DNA from: an uncultured Bacilli bacterium
GTDB lineage: Bacteria > Bacillota_I > Bacilli_A > RF39 > UBA660
NCBI GenBank assembly: GCA_944359885.1
Contig: CALVTC010000002.1
Coordinates: forward strand, 1-48,796
Length of the DNA stretch: 48,796 bases
Direction of reading: 5' to 3'
This document shows, in pieces, positions 1 through 9,591 of the stretch (within the stretch, counting starts at the first letter, position 1; every line of letters starts with the position of its first letter). The notes under the pieces are model-generated. The model was not told the DNA's origin and ran no database searches. It saw nothing but the letters and a program-made list of their open reading frames with translations. Made by a program: the position numbers and the translations under genes.

Positions 1-126
1 ATAAAACCCTTATTTTACAATATGACTTTCATTAAATTGTGTACAATTATTTATTTGATGTCTGAACTGTTACAAAAGAAAGACACTATTACATTATGTA
101 AATACCTAAGGTCTTTCTTTAAATTA

Positions 127-978
127 TTATCTATGATATGTAGTATGTGTAGTATTTTCAGAAGAAAAAGAATCCATATTATTTAAGAAATTTACAAGTT
201 CCTCCGTAGACATCTTATCTGAACTCGTTACCTCTTTCTTACTTTTGTTATCTTTTATTTCCGTTATTTCAGGTTCAGAATTATCAGCATTTTGAGTAGT
301 CATAAATTCCTGCCCTGATACTGCTTTTTTACTTTCTTCATCCATACGTTCCCGAAAAGAATAACTCTCTTTCTTAGCTTTTTCTCTACCCTTTGTAAAT
401 CCATTTTTAAAGATAGTATAACCTAAAGTAAAAGGCTGAACAATTCTTTTCTTAAGTCCTACTTTCTCCTTTTTATTATCTTTCTTATGAAAAATAGAAA
501 CTACTTTATTTTTTATCTTAGAAAACGTACCCATTTTATTATCTTTCTTATCTTTTTTTAATCCATTTTTAAATATAGTATAACCCAAGGTAAAAGGCTG
601 AACAATTCTTTTTTTTAGTCCTACTTTCTCTTTTTTACTATTTTTTCTATGAAAAATAGAAACTGCTTTATTTTTTATACCGTCTTTAAAACTAGAAACA
701 TGCTTTCTAATAAACCCTTTATTTTTATTCTTAGTTTCACAATCTAAACAAGAACTTGTTCTGTATTTATCATAGTTTTTAATAATAGTCTCCATATCCG
801 CTTGATCAATTTCTACTTGATAATTGCCTGCTATCTCTTCTGCTTCATCTAAACTAACAACACGGACATTTCCATCACCATAAAAAACAACTGCTTGTTC
901 CCAATTATCATAATGAAAACCAACGCGATCAGTAACATTCATTTTAACAATATTTAAAATTTCTTTTTGTTCGTTCAT
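127..978 (-). CDS. Lys-rich hypothetical protein with an internal 54-aa tandem duplication
   Basis: 283-aa ORF. SD GGGGGGA lies 6 nt upstream of the ATG at 978, with a consensus promoter further upstream. Two copies of the module VSIFH(R/K)K..KKEKVGLKKRIVQPFTLGYTIFKNG. No family recognised by eye. Confidence 0.6.
   Translation of the reverse strand: MNEQKEILNIVKMNVTDRVGFHYDNWEQAVVFYGDGNVRVVSLDEAEEIAGNYQVEIDQADMETIIKNYDKYRTSSCLDCETKNKNKGFIRKHVSSFKDGIKNKAVSIFHRKNSKKEKVGLKKRIVQPFTLGYTIFKNGLKKDKKDNKMGTFSKIKNKVVSIFHKKDNKKEKVGLKKRIVQPFTLGYTIFKNGFTKGREKAKKESYSFRERMDEESKKAVSGQEFMTTQNADNSEPEITEIKDNKSKKEVTSSDKMSTEELVNFLNNMDSFSSENTTHTTYHR
399..678. repeat. Two direct copies (399-516 and 561-678) of a ~118-nt unit, period 162 nt, inside the 127-978 CDS
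   Basis: Direct comparison of the two stretches shows about 90% identity. The period is a multiple of 3, so the duplication is in frame (54 aa). Confidence 0.8.
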
Positions 979-1024
979 ATTTAATCCCCCCTATTAAACA
1001 CACCCAATTACAATAAGTGTTTAT

Positions 1025-1053
1025 ATTATAACAAAAAAATGCCCTTTTGTCAA
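1025..1053 (-). promoter_or_regulatory. Consensus sigma-A type promoter for the 127-978 gene
   Basis: The minus strand reads TTGACA (1048-1053), a 17-nt spacer, then TATAAT (1025-1030), about 45 nt upstream of the ATG. Confidence 0.55.
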
Positions 1054-1055
1054 TC

Positions 1056-1316
1056 TTAACAACGTTCTTTTAAGCAAACAATCGTTTGCCCTGCATTAAA
1101 AATATCCAATTTAGCATCTACTACGTAGGGATTCTTTTTTAATACCATCTGAGTGGTCTTTCTTAATACACCACTTCCAATTCCATGAATAATAATTGCT
1201 TTCTTACTACGCATAATATAACAATCTCTAATAAAATCATCAATCATAATTCGTGCATAATCCCTATCAAACCCATGCAAATCTAATACAGGAAATTGAT
1301 TATATAAGTTCATCAT
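1056..1316 (-). CDS. Stand-alone Smr (small MutS-related) domain protein
   Basis: 86 aa. LDLHG near the N-terminus and IIHGIGSGVLR match the Smr domain signature (LDLHG ... HGxG). The start overlaps the 3' end of the upstream kinase gene. Confidence 0.7.
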   Translation of the reverse strand: MMNLYNQFPVLDLHGFDRDYARIMIDDFIRDCYIMRSKKAIIIHGIGSGVLRKTTQMVLKKNPYVVDAKLDIFNAGQTIVCLKERC

Positions 1317-2193
1317 AATCTAACACTTCTTTTAACTCTGGAATAGAAATACGTGCCCCCACTCTAGTAACTGAAATAGCAGACGTAATAGAGGCATAAT
1401 GAATAGCGTCACGCAAAGAATAACCATTACCAACAAAATAAGTAAAAGCGCCATGAAAAATATCACCAGCACCAGTCGAATCAACTGCCCGTACTTTTAT
1501 ACTAGGAATAACCTCATAATCAGAAATCTTAGTAAAACTTCCCTTTTCTTCTAAAGTAATAATTATATTAGTTTGAAAATACTCTTTCATTTTTTCATAA
1601 CAAAAGATTAAACTTTCTCTGTCATCTGCATCTACTTTTCTACCTGAAAACTCTTCTGCAAAAGTTTTAGAGCAAACAACATACTTCACTAATTTTCCAA
1701 GACGTCTCGTATCATCATTTAATCTACCAGCATCAAGCACACTAACAGCATCAGGATTAAACTGTAACAATTCAAAAGCAGTATCAGGGTGTTCACCATC
1801 AATCAAAATTAAATCTGCATTTCTCTGACCAGGATGATTCAATTTACGAACACTCTCTCCCTTAGAAGTAATAACTGTTCTACTGCCATTCGTACGATTA
1901 GCAATAATATAACTACTAGATGTTTTAAAACCAGGATGAACCTCAATACCATCAACAGCAGCATGAACTTTACGAAATTCCTCTATAATTTGACGACCAT
2001 AATAATCATCTCCTACCGCACACAATAAAGTTGTATCCATTCCCCACTTTGCAAGTAAATAAGCACCATTAGAAGCGGGACCACCACCACACTCAATACG
2101 TTCAGAAATACGATATTTTAAATTTTCTTCTGGATAGGAATCCATAGGTAATGTTGTATCATAAGTAGAATGACCTACACATACGACTTTCAT
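1300..2193 (-). CDS. PfkB/ribokinase-family carbohydrate kinase
   Basis: 297 aa. N-terminal GGGPASNGA and C-terminal DSTGAGDIFHGAF match the PfkB signature motifs. Substrate is not assignable. Confidence 0.8.
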   Translation of the reverse strand: MKVVCVGHSTYDTTLPMDSYPEENLKYRISERIECGGGPASNGAYLLAKWGMDTTLLCAVGDDYYGRQIIEEFRKVHAAVDGIEVHPGFKTSSSYIIANRTNGSRTVITSKGESVRKLNHPGQRNADLILIDGEHPDTAFELLQFNPDAVSVLDAGRLNDDTRRLGKLVKYVVCSKTFAEEFSGRKVDADDRESLIFCYEKMKEYFQTNIIITLEEKGSFTKISDYEVIPSIKVRAVDSTGAGDIFHGAFTYFVGNGYSLRDAIHYASITSAISVTRVGARISIPELKEVLDYDELI

Positions 2194-2242
2194 TATATCA
2201 CCTCAATATTCTAAAATTATTATACCAAAAAGAAGACTAGTT

Positions 2243-2271
2243 TAAAAGAAAAACTTGCCATCAGCAAGTTT
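2243..2271 (-). terminator. Rho-independent terminator after ppdK
   Basis: Minus strand: AAACTTGC-tgatg-GCAAGTTT followed by TTCTTTT, starting 9 nt after the ppdK stop. Confidence 0.6.
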
Positions 2272-2280
2272 AACTTTTTA

Positions 2281-4902
2281 CTATTTATTACGAATAGCAG
2301 CTTGTGCCGCAGCAAGTCTAGCAACAGGAACTCTAAATGGAGAACAAGATACATAATTAAGACCTACTCTATGACAAAAATCAACAGTCATAGGATCTCC
2401 GCCATGCTCACCACAGATACCAAGTTCTAAATCAGGTCTTGTCTTTCTACCAAGTTTAGCTGCCATATCTACTAGCTTACCAACACCAGTTTGATCAAGT
2501 GTTGCGAAAGGATCCTGATCTAAAATACCTTTTTGATAATAATCAGTCAAGAATTTAGAAGCATCATCTCTAGAGAATCCAAATGTCATTTGAGTTAAAT
2601 CATTCGTACCAAAACTAAAGAATTCAGCTTCTTTTGCTACTTCATCAGCAAGCAAAGCAGCTCTAGGAATTTCAATCATCGTACCAACTTTATAATCAAT
2701 TGTAACACCAGCCTTATCCATTACTTCTTTAGCTGTATCAACAACAATTTTCTTAACAAATTGTAACTCTTTTACAATACCAACAAGTGGAATCATAATT
2801 TCAGGTTTAACATGAATTCCCACTTTTTCAACATTAATAGCAGCTTCTATTACCGCTCTTGTTTGCATTTTAGCAATCTCTGGATAAGTAACAGCTAAAC
2901 GACATCCACGATGTCCCATCATAGGATTAAATTCCTTTAAAGAATCTACTCTATTTTTAAGTTCCTCATAACTAATTCCCAAACTATCTGCAAGAGGTCT
3001 CATTTCTTCTTCTGTCTTAGGTAAAAATTCATGTAGTGGTGGATCTAAGAAACGAATAATAACGCACTTATCATCCATCGTTTTAAATAATCCCTCAAAA
3101 TCTTCCCTTTGATAAGGTAAAATCTTTTCTAATGCTTTTTCCCTACTTTCAACATCTGTTGCAGTAATCATCTTACGGAAATTAAAGATTCTCTCTTCAT
3201 CAAAGAACATATGCTCTGTACGACATAGACCAATTCCTTCTGCACCAAACTTCTTAGCTTGTAAAGCATCTCTTGGAGTATCAGCATTCGCACGAACTTC
3301 TAACGTACGATACTGATCAGCCCAGTTCATAAAAGTTTCAAAATTTCCAGTAATACTAGCATCAACTGTCTTAATTTGTTCTGCATAAACGCAACCAGTA
3401 CTACCATCTAAACTAATATAATCTCCCTCTTTTAAAATACGTCCATCTTTTAAAGTCAATGTCTTCTTATGTTCATCAATTACTAAATCTCCACATCCAG
3501 AAACACAACATGTTCCCATACCACGAGCAACAACAGCTGCATGAGAAGTCATTCCTCCACGAAGAGTCAAAATCCCATGAGCAAGATTCATACCCTCAAT
3601 ATCTTCAGGTGAAGTCTCAAGTCGAACCAAGATAATATCTTTTTCACCCTCATCATGCATACGAACAACATCTTCCGCTGTAAAAGCAATATGCCCCGTT
3701 GCAGCTCCAGGACTTGCCGCAAGACCAGTCGCAACACATTGTGCTTTGCGCAAACTCTCTGCATCAAACATTGGATGAAGCAATTGATCTAGCTGTTTTG
3801 GATCAACCATCAATAAAGCTTCTTCTTGCGTAACCATACCCTCATCAACCATATCAACAGCAATCTTCAATGCAGCAGTTGCAGTACGTTTACCATTTCT
3901 TGTTTGAAGCATAAATAATTTCCCATCCTCAATCGTAAACTCCATATCCTGCATATCTTTATAATGAGACTCTAATATTTTACAAATTTTACTAAATTCT
4001 TCATAACATTCTGGCATTACTTCTTTTAATGTATCAATAGATTGAGGCGTTCTAATACCAGCAACAACATCTTCTCCTTGAGCATTCATCAAATATTCAC
4101 CAAATAGTTTATTTTCTCCAGTTGCCGGATTTCTAGTAAATGCAACACCTGTACCAGATGTTTCTCCTCTATTTCCATAAACCATTTCTTGAACATTAAC
4201 AGCAGTACCCCAACTACTAGGAATATCATTAAGTCTACGATAAGTAATTGCTCTATCATTCATCCAACTTCTAAACACAGCTTCAACTGCAGCCATCAAT
4301 TGTTCTTTTGGATCTTGAGGAAATTCGCATCCTGCATGTTTTTTATACTCCTCTTTATAAATTTGAACAACCTCTTCTAAATCTTCTGCAGTAAGCTCAG
4401 TATCAAGTTCGACACCTTTTTCTTCTTTAATATCATCAAACTTTCTTTCAAAAGAAGATTTTGGAAATCCCATAACAACATCCGCAAACATCTGAATAAA
4501 GCGGCGATAAGAATCATAAACAAATCGTTTATTATTCGTAACTTCACTAAATCCATCTGCTACTTCGTCATTCATTCCAAGATTCAAAATAGTATCCATC
4601 ATACCAGGCATACTGGCACGAGCACCACTTCGAACAGACACTAACAAAGGATTTTTCTTATCTCCCAAGGTTTTACCGGTAATACCTTCTAATTCATGAA
4701 TCTTTTCATCAATCTGTTTTACAATTTCATCAGATAACTTTTGATCATGATCATAATAACTAGTACAAGCTTCTGTTGTTACAGTAAACCCTTGAGGTAC
4801 TGGTAATCCAATATTAGTCATCTCTGCCAAGTTGGCCCCTTTTCCTCCTAATAGATTTCTCATATCTTTACTGCCTTCAGTAAATAAATAGACGTATTTC
4901 AT
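2281..4902 (-). CDS. ppdK: Pyruvate, phosphate dikinase
   Basis: 873 aa. N-terminal LGGKGANLAEM ATP-grasp motif, phosphohistidine loop GGMTSHAAVVARGMG, and a C-terminal PEP-utilising TIM barrel (GICGEHGGDP). SD AGGAGG is upstream. Confidence 0.95.
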   Translation of the reverse strand: MKYVYLFTEGSKDMRNLLGGKGANLAEMTNIGLPVPQGFTVTTEACTSYYDHDQKLSDEIVKQIDEKIHELEGITGKTLGDKKNPLLVSVRSGARASMPGMMDTILNLGMNDEVADGFSEVTNNKRFVYDSYRRFIQMFADVVMGFPKSSFERKFDDIKEEKGVELDTELTAEDLEEVVQIYKEEYKKHAGCEFPQDPKEQLMAAVEAVFRSWMNDRAITYRRLNDIPSSWGTAVNVQEMVYGNRGETSGTGVAFTRNPATGENKLFGEYLMNAQGEDVVAGIRTPQSIDTLKEVMPECYEEFSKICKILESHYKDMQDMEFTIEDGKLFMLQTRNGKRTATAALKIAVDMVDEGMVTQEEALLMVDPKQLDQLLHPMFDAESLRKAQCVATGLAASPGAATGHIAFTAEDVVRMHDEGEKDIILVRLETSPEDIEGMNLAHGILTLRGGMTSHAAVVARGMGTCCVSGCGDLVIDEHKKTLTLKDGRILKEGDYISLDGSTGCVYAEQIKTVDASITGNFETFMNWADQYRTLEVRANADTPRDALQAKKFGAEGIGLCRTEHMFFDEERIFNFRKMITATDVESREKALEKILPYQREDFEGLFKTMDDKCVIIRFLDPPLHEFLPKTEEEMRPLADSLGISYEELKNRVDSLKEFNPMMGHRGCRLAVTYPEIAKMQTRAVIEAAINVEKVGIHVKPEIMIPLVGIVKELQFVKKIVVDTAKEVMDKAGVTIDYKVGTMIEIPRAALLADEVAKEAEFFSFGTNDLTQMTFGFSRDDASKFLTDYYQKGILDQDPFATLDQTGVGKLVDMAAKLGRKTRPDLELGICGEHGGDPMTVDFCHRVGLNYVSCSPFRVPVARLAAAQAAIRNK

Positions 4903-4993
4903 TTATAGCCTCCTATTCTCTCTATTTACAATTTAAGTATAACACAGAAAATAAAAAAAGAAAAAATATTTTCATAAGAAAAAAAGAATTAGC

Positions 4994-5293
4994 TTAACGA
5001 ACAAATTCTACTAACTCTTCTTCATCCATAAATCCAACATTCTTTTTTACTTCTTCTCCCTTAGAAAAAACAATTACAGTAGGAATAGACATAATACCAT
5101 AACGTCTTGCAATATCTACAAATTCATCAACATTAACTTTGTAAGTATCTAATCCCATCTGATTACTTACTTTTTCTAAAATGAGACTTAACATTTTACA
5201 TGGACCACACCATTCTGCATAAAAGTCTACAACAACTTTATCCTTTTGAATCACTTCATCAAATTCTTTTTCACTTTTTATAAGATTCATCAA
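4994..5293 (-). CDS. trxA: Thioredoxin
   Basis: 99 aa with a WCGPC active site and the typical thioredoxin length. Confidence 0.9.
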   Translation of the reverse strand: MMNLIKSEKEFDEVIQKDKVVVDFYAEWCGPCKMLSLILEKVSNQMGLDTYKVNVDEFVDIARRYGIMSIPTVIVFSKGEEVKKNVGFMDEEELVEFVR

Positions 5294-5294
5294 A

Positions 5295-6263
5295 TCATCT
5301 TTCCTTTCTCTTCTTTTTATTTAGTATATCATATCTTTCTTTCATATTACCATACATTATTTGATAAACATCACAAGAACTATATTCTTGTTCTAATAAA
5401 CTTCTAACTCTACTAGCAACAGCAGGATACGGAAAAATAGAAACTTCTCCGTACTCAGGATCCGCATTCTTACAAAAGTCCATGTCATCTGTTGAAATAC
5501 CTACATGTAAAATACCAACAAGATTAACGACATGACGAATATGATCAAAATAACGCTCCTCTTTCTCCTCTTGTTCTACAACATCTTTTATTTCCATAGG
5601 AACAACAAAGTTACGATTAGAAAAAACACCAATTAATCCATCTAAATCTTTTATTTTAAGAATCTCTTCATCAGATAAATTTCGATCTCTATTACATAAA
5701 CTTCTAACATTAGAATGACTCGCCATAACAAGAAAATTATATCCAAGTTTCTTCTTTTCTTTCAAATATTGAATAATATCATAAAATGACTTTTCATTAG
5801 TATGTGATAAATCGATAGAAATACCAAGAGAGATTGCTTTATCTAAAAGTCTACGTCCCATATCCGTTAAACCATCATCACTTCTTCCACCAGATGCATA
5901 TTTATTTTTACAGTTCCAAACTGGTAAAATATTACGTAGACCTGCCTCATAAAGATCATCTAAATCTTCTACCTCTAAATAATCACATCCCTCAATGCTA
6001 AATAGAAGTTCCGTATTAGGTAAATATTTCTTTGCTATTTCAGTACTAATTTGAAACATTTCTAAAACAGAAACATTCTCTCGATAATAATCTGGATGCA
6101 ACTCTTCACTCATTTCCTCGCGACTCATAAAATAAAGATTGCAAACAACTCCCAAGACATTATCATCTCGATAATTTTTACACCACTCTTCTAAATAAGA
6201 ATAGTCATTTTTTAAATAACAAACATAACAGACACTCAACAAATCATAATGCAAATCAAACAC
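5295..6263 (-). CDS. Membrane dipeptidase family (peptidase M19-like) protein
   Basis: 322 aa. DLHYDLL at the N-terminus, DLSHTNEKSF and ASHSNVRSLCNRDRNLSDEE match conserved M19 blocks. GTG start is preceded by AGGTGA. Confidence 0.7.
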   Translation of the reverse strand: MFDLHYDLLSVCYVCYLKNDYSYLEEWCKNYRDDNVLGVVCNLYFMSREEMSEELHPDYYRENVSVLEMFQISTEIAKKYLPNTELLFSIEGCDYLEVEDLDDLYEAGLRNILPVWNCKNKYASGGRSDDGLTDMGRRLLDKAISLGISIDLSHTNEKSFYDIIQYLKEKKKLGYNFLVMASHSNVRSLCNRDRNLSDEEILKIKDLDGLIGVFSNRNFVVPMEIKDVVEQEEKEERYFDHIRHVVNLVGILHVGISTDDMDFCKNADPEYGEVSIFPYPAVASRVRSLLEQEYSSCDVYQIMYGNMKERYDILNKKKRKER

Positions 6264-6271
6264 ACAATCAC

Positions 6272-6988
6272 CTACTGATAACGTTCAATTACATCTTCCA
6301 ATCCCGAAATACCATCTAATTTATCTAAAACAATTAAATCTTCTGCAGCATCTGGACTAATAATATGATATTTCAATAAGATATCAAGAGTCTCTACATT
6401 AGCATCATTTTTACTAATATTGCCTTTTGATAAATCTTCTCCCAAGGCATAAACTTCTTGAATTGAATTACTAATATCCTTAGAACTTTCTGCCAAAACA
6501 GGACTCTCATAAACGATATAATGAGCAAACTTACTCTCTTGGAAGAAACTACTATCATGAAGAGGAATCAACAACACAAGTAACAAAACAAAAACCATAA
6601 CATATCCAGTTATTAAAGCAACCACAGCTCCAATTATTTTAGAAGGAAGTAATAAAACAACAGTCATATGGACTAATTTTTGCAAAATACCAGACAATTT
6701 CACAACAATCATATAAATACTAAATAACAAACTATATATAATTAAGAAAGCAATTAATTGATATAGTAAGATATTTAAAACCTTAACTCCCTCTAAACTA
6801 CCAGCAAAATTAAAAAATGGTAACCATTTGCATAGAATGTTTCCTAAAACACCCTTTAAAGAAAAAGAAACAACAAAAACAATAATAATTCCAACTAAAG
6901 ATACAATCTCTTTAATAGCACCTCTTTTAAATCCAATAACAGCACACATTGCCAAAATTAAAATAATAATAACATCTAACAAATTCAT
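6272..6988 (-). CDS. cvpA: CvpA-family membrane protein
   Basis: 238 aa. N-terminal NLLDVIIILILAMCAVIGFKRGAIKE and four to five TM segments are typical of CvpA/YshB. It is divergent from rnhC, as in Bacillus. Confidence 0.65.
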   Translation of the reverse strand: MNLLDVIIILILAMCAVIGFKRGAIKEIVSLVGIIIVFVVSFSLKGVLGNILCKWLPFFNFAGSLEGVKVLNILLYQLIAFLIIYSLLFSIYMIVVKLSGILQKLVHMTVVLLLPSKIIGAVVALITGYVMVFVLLLVLLIPLHDSSFFQESKFAHYIVYESPVLAESSKDISNSIQEVYALGEDLSKGNISKNDANVETLDILLKYHIISPDAAEDLIVLDKLDGISGLEDVIERYQ

Positions 6989-7060
6989 AAAACATCAACT
7001 CCTACTATTTTATTATAAACGTTTTTCCTCATTTATGCTATAATATTTTTGAGGTGGAAC

Positions 7061-7972
7061 ATGAATATTGTTATTAAAGTAAATGAAGAAACAAAGCAAA
7101 AAATGATTGAATATTATAAAGACAAAGTAAGAGATAAAAAAATTCCCTATGCAATCTTTCAGGCACAAGAAGAAGATACTGTAATTACTTTATACGAATC
7201 CGGAAAAGCAATGTTTCAGGGAACAAGTGCTGATGTAGATGCAGCAATGTGGACAACTGTTTTAGATAATACGAAAGAAAAAAAAGAAGAACAAAAAAAG
7301 AAAGATGAAAAATATCATAATTGTTCTTCAGTAGGATCAGATGAAGTAGGAACCGGAGACTACTTTGGTCCAATTGTCGTAACTGCTACTTACGTTAAAA
7401 AAGAAAATGTATCCCAACTAGAAAAATTAGGTGTTGGCGACTCTAAAAAAATAACCGATGAAAAAATAAAGAAAATAACACCAGAATTAATAAAAATTGT
7501 AAAATATAGAAGTATGATTCTAACCAATCAAGAATATAATGAAAAGTATACCAAAGATATTAATATGAACAAAATAAAAGCAATTCTTCATAATAAGGTG
7601 CTATATCAATTAATAGAAGAAGAAAAGCCTAATATTGATTATATAATTGTAGATGAATTTGCAAGAGAAAAAAGATATTATGAATATTTAGAAGGAATTC
7701 CAAACATTCAAAGAAATATCACTTTTATGACCAAGGCGGAAGATAAAAATTTAGCTGTTGCTGCCGCATCTATCATCAGTAGATATATTTTCTTAAAAGA
7801 ATTCGATAAACTATCAGACTCCATTCACATACCTCTACCAAAAGGTGCTGGACATGACGTAGATAAAATTGGAGAAGAAGTAGTTGAAAAATATGGAGAA
7901 GAAAAACTAAAAGAAATTGCTAAATATAATTTTAAAAATACAGATAGAATCTTACATACATTAATATACTAA
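7061..7972 (+). CDS. rnhC: Ribonuclease HIII
   Basis: GSDEVGTGDYFGP catalytic motif and about 300 aa length with an N-terminal TBP-like domain. I prefer the ATG at 7061 (SD GAGGTGG at 7051-7057) over the TTG at 7049 used by the ORF track. An extended -10, TGCTATAAT, lies at 7036-7044. Confidence 0.85.
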   Translation: MNIVIKVNEETKQKMIEYYKDKVRDKKIPYAIFQAQEEDTVITLYESGKAMFQGTSADVDAAMWTTVLDNTKEKKEEQKKKDEKYHNCSSVGSDEVGTGDYFGPIVVTATYVKKENVSQLEKLGVGDSKKITDEKIKKITPELIKIVKYRSMILTNQEYNEKYTKDINMNKIKAILHNKVLYQLIEEEKPNIDYIIVDEFAREKRYYEYLEGIPNIQRNITFMTKAEDKNLAVAAASIISRYIFLKEFDKLSDSIHIPLPKGAGHDVDKIGEEVVEKYGEEKLKEIAKYNFKNTDRILHTLIY

Positions 7973-8000
7973 AAAGAGACCGAAGTCTCTTTATTTTTTT
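7973..8000. terminator. Bidirectional terminator between convergent rnhC and folA
   Basis: AAAGAGAC-cgaa-GTCTCTTT, flanked by an A-run on one side and a T-run on the other. It overlaps the folA stop codon. Confidence 0.6.
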
Positions 8001-8482
8001 CTTGTATAAACGAAATGTTTATAAGAAATACCTCTTTCTTCTTGTTCACTTAAAACAACACTATCCCAATCTTCCTTGTTAAAAGATGGAAAATAAACAT
8101 CCGCATCACTTTCCGCATCTATTTTTGTAAGTAACATCGTATCAGAATAAGGTAATAATTCCTGGTAAATACTAGCACCACCAATGACCATAAATTCTTC
8201 TTCACATTGTTCGATATGAGAAAGTAAGTCTGAAATAGAATGCATAACTAACACTTCATCAGGAAATTCTAGCAAACGCTTTGTCAAAACAATATGCTGT
8301 CTTTCTGGCAATAATCCTGGTAAAGATTCTAATGTTTTCCTTCCCATAATAATCGGTTTATGAATAGTATGTTTTCGAAAAAACTGCATATCTTCTCTAA
8401 AATGCCAAATTAAATGATTATCTTTTCCCAACTCTAAATTTTTGCCAATAGCTGCAATCAAAGTAATATTTTTCATACTCAA
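7991..8482 (-). CDS. folA: Dihydrofolate reductase
   Basis: 163 aa. IAAIGKN..LG....LIW, then IMGRKTLESL and VIGGASIY motifs. 4-nt overlap with thyA. Confidence 0.85.
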   Translation of the reverse strand: MSMKNITLIAAIGKNLELGKDNHLIWHFREDMQFFRKHTIHKPIIMGRKTLESLPGLLPERQHIVLTKRLLEFPDEVLVMHSISDLLSHIEQCEEEFMVIGGASIYQELLPYSDTMLLTKIDAESDADVYFPSFNKEDWDSVVLSEQEERGISYKHFVYTRKK

Positions 8483-9510
8483 ATTCCCTTATCAAATTTT
8501 TGTTGAGGATTTTTTGTTTTTATTAACTGACGAGGATAATTTTTAATATGAATATCTTCTAAAGTAAAATCGTAAAAATCTAAAACATCGGGATTTAATT
8601 CAAAATAAGGTTCCATATGACCTTCAGAAGTACAAGAAATAGCATCTCTTCGTAACTGTTCTACTGCTTGACGAATATGTCTATCATAAATCTGAATATT
8701 TTCAACATCCCAAGTAAAAGTTCCAGGGGTATATCCTGTAGATTGTGCAACCATCAACATAAGCGCCAAATATTGCATTTGATTGATACAACCTGCTACC
8801 ATAAAATCACTAGAACGCTGAATCAATTTCATATCCAAATAACAAACACCATCTCTACCGTGTCTCACATTCCACACTGTAGAATAAGCACAAGGCTTTA
8901 AACCATGAGGCCTCTTAAAATCTTCAAGCTGCCACATATCAATAATATGCCTTCTACCATCTGGATTATCTTTTAACCCTTGAATTAAATTTCTCATTTG
9001 ATCATAATGAGAAATAATTGTTCCATAAGTTGAACCAATATTTCGTAAAGCAACTCCAGAATCATTATATAAATCCCATTCATCCCACCAAGTAACTCCA
9101 TATTTATCTTTTAAAACATCTAAATCTGTAGTAGCATCCTGATAAATCCATAATACTTCCCCAATGCTCTTTTTAACTGCAATAGGACGTAGAGTAATCA
9201 TAGGAGACTCTCCTTTAGAAATATCATAAGTAAAATGAACTACGTTATTTAAAGACAATGTGTTTGCCTTTGCTCCATCAGATTCATAACGAGGGCGAGG
9301 ATTTTCATCATAACATCCTTCTTTCAACAATCTATCCATAATTAGTTTAGAATACATATCTCCTTTTGTACCAATTGGATTACCATAACAATCCAATAAA
9401 TGCACGCCATCTGTCTTTATATCTGGATACTCCAAATCTTCTTGTTGGAATGGAATATCTCCTTTTTCAATTAACTTTTTATTAATATAATTAATATCAA
9501 TTCCTACCAT
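8479..9510 (-). CDS. thyA: Thymidylate synthase (Bacillus ThyA / phage phi3T-like subtype)
   Basis: RRHIIDMW, catalytic Cys in LKPCAYSTVWNV, SSDFMVAG and NPDVLDFYDFTLEDIHIKNY. Strong SD AGGAGGA lies before the ATG at 9510. At 343 aa it is longer than usual. Confidence 0.9.
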   Translation of the reverse strand: MVGIDINYINKKLIEKGDIPFQQEDLEYPDIKTDGVHLLDCYGNPIGTKGDMYSKLIMDRLLKEGCYDENPRPRYESDGAKANTLSLNNVVHFTYDISKGESPMITLRPIAVKKSIGEVLWIYQDATTDLDVLKDKYGVTWWDEWDLYNDSGVALRNIGSTYGTIISHYDQMRNLIQGLKDNPDGRRHIIDMWQLEDFKRPHGLKPCAYSTVWNVRHGRDGVCYLDMKLIQRSSDFMVAGCINQMQYLALMLMVAQSTGYTPGTFTWDVENIQIYDRHIRQAVEQLRRDAISCTSEGHMEPYFELNPDVLDFYDFTLEDIHIKNYPRQLIKTKNPQQKFDKGI

Positions 9511-9543
9511 ATCATATCCTCCTACTTCATTATAACAAAGAAG

Positions 9544-9573
9544 TAAAAAATAAACAGTTGCATTTGCAACAGT
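9544..9573 (-). terminator. Possible terminator after the XRE-family gene
   Basis: Imperfect hairpin ACTGTTGC-aaat-GCAACTGT (one mismatch) followed by TTTATTTTTT on the minus strand. Confidence 0.4.
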
Positions 9574-9591
9574 AAAAGGAAAAAGAGCATT

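Noticed and set aside
399-678. Direct repeats at the left end considered as a possible CRISPR-like or minisatellite array.
   Set aside because: There are only two copies. The period of 162 nt is in frame and lies inside a coding region, with a 44-nt related spacer. This is a protein-level duplication, not a CRISPR array.
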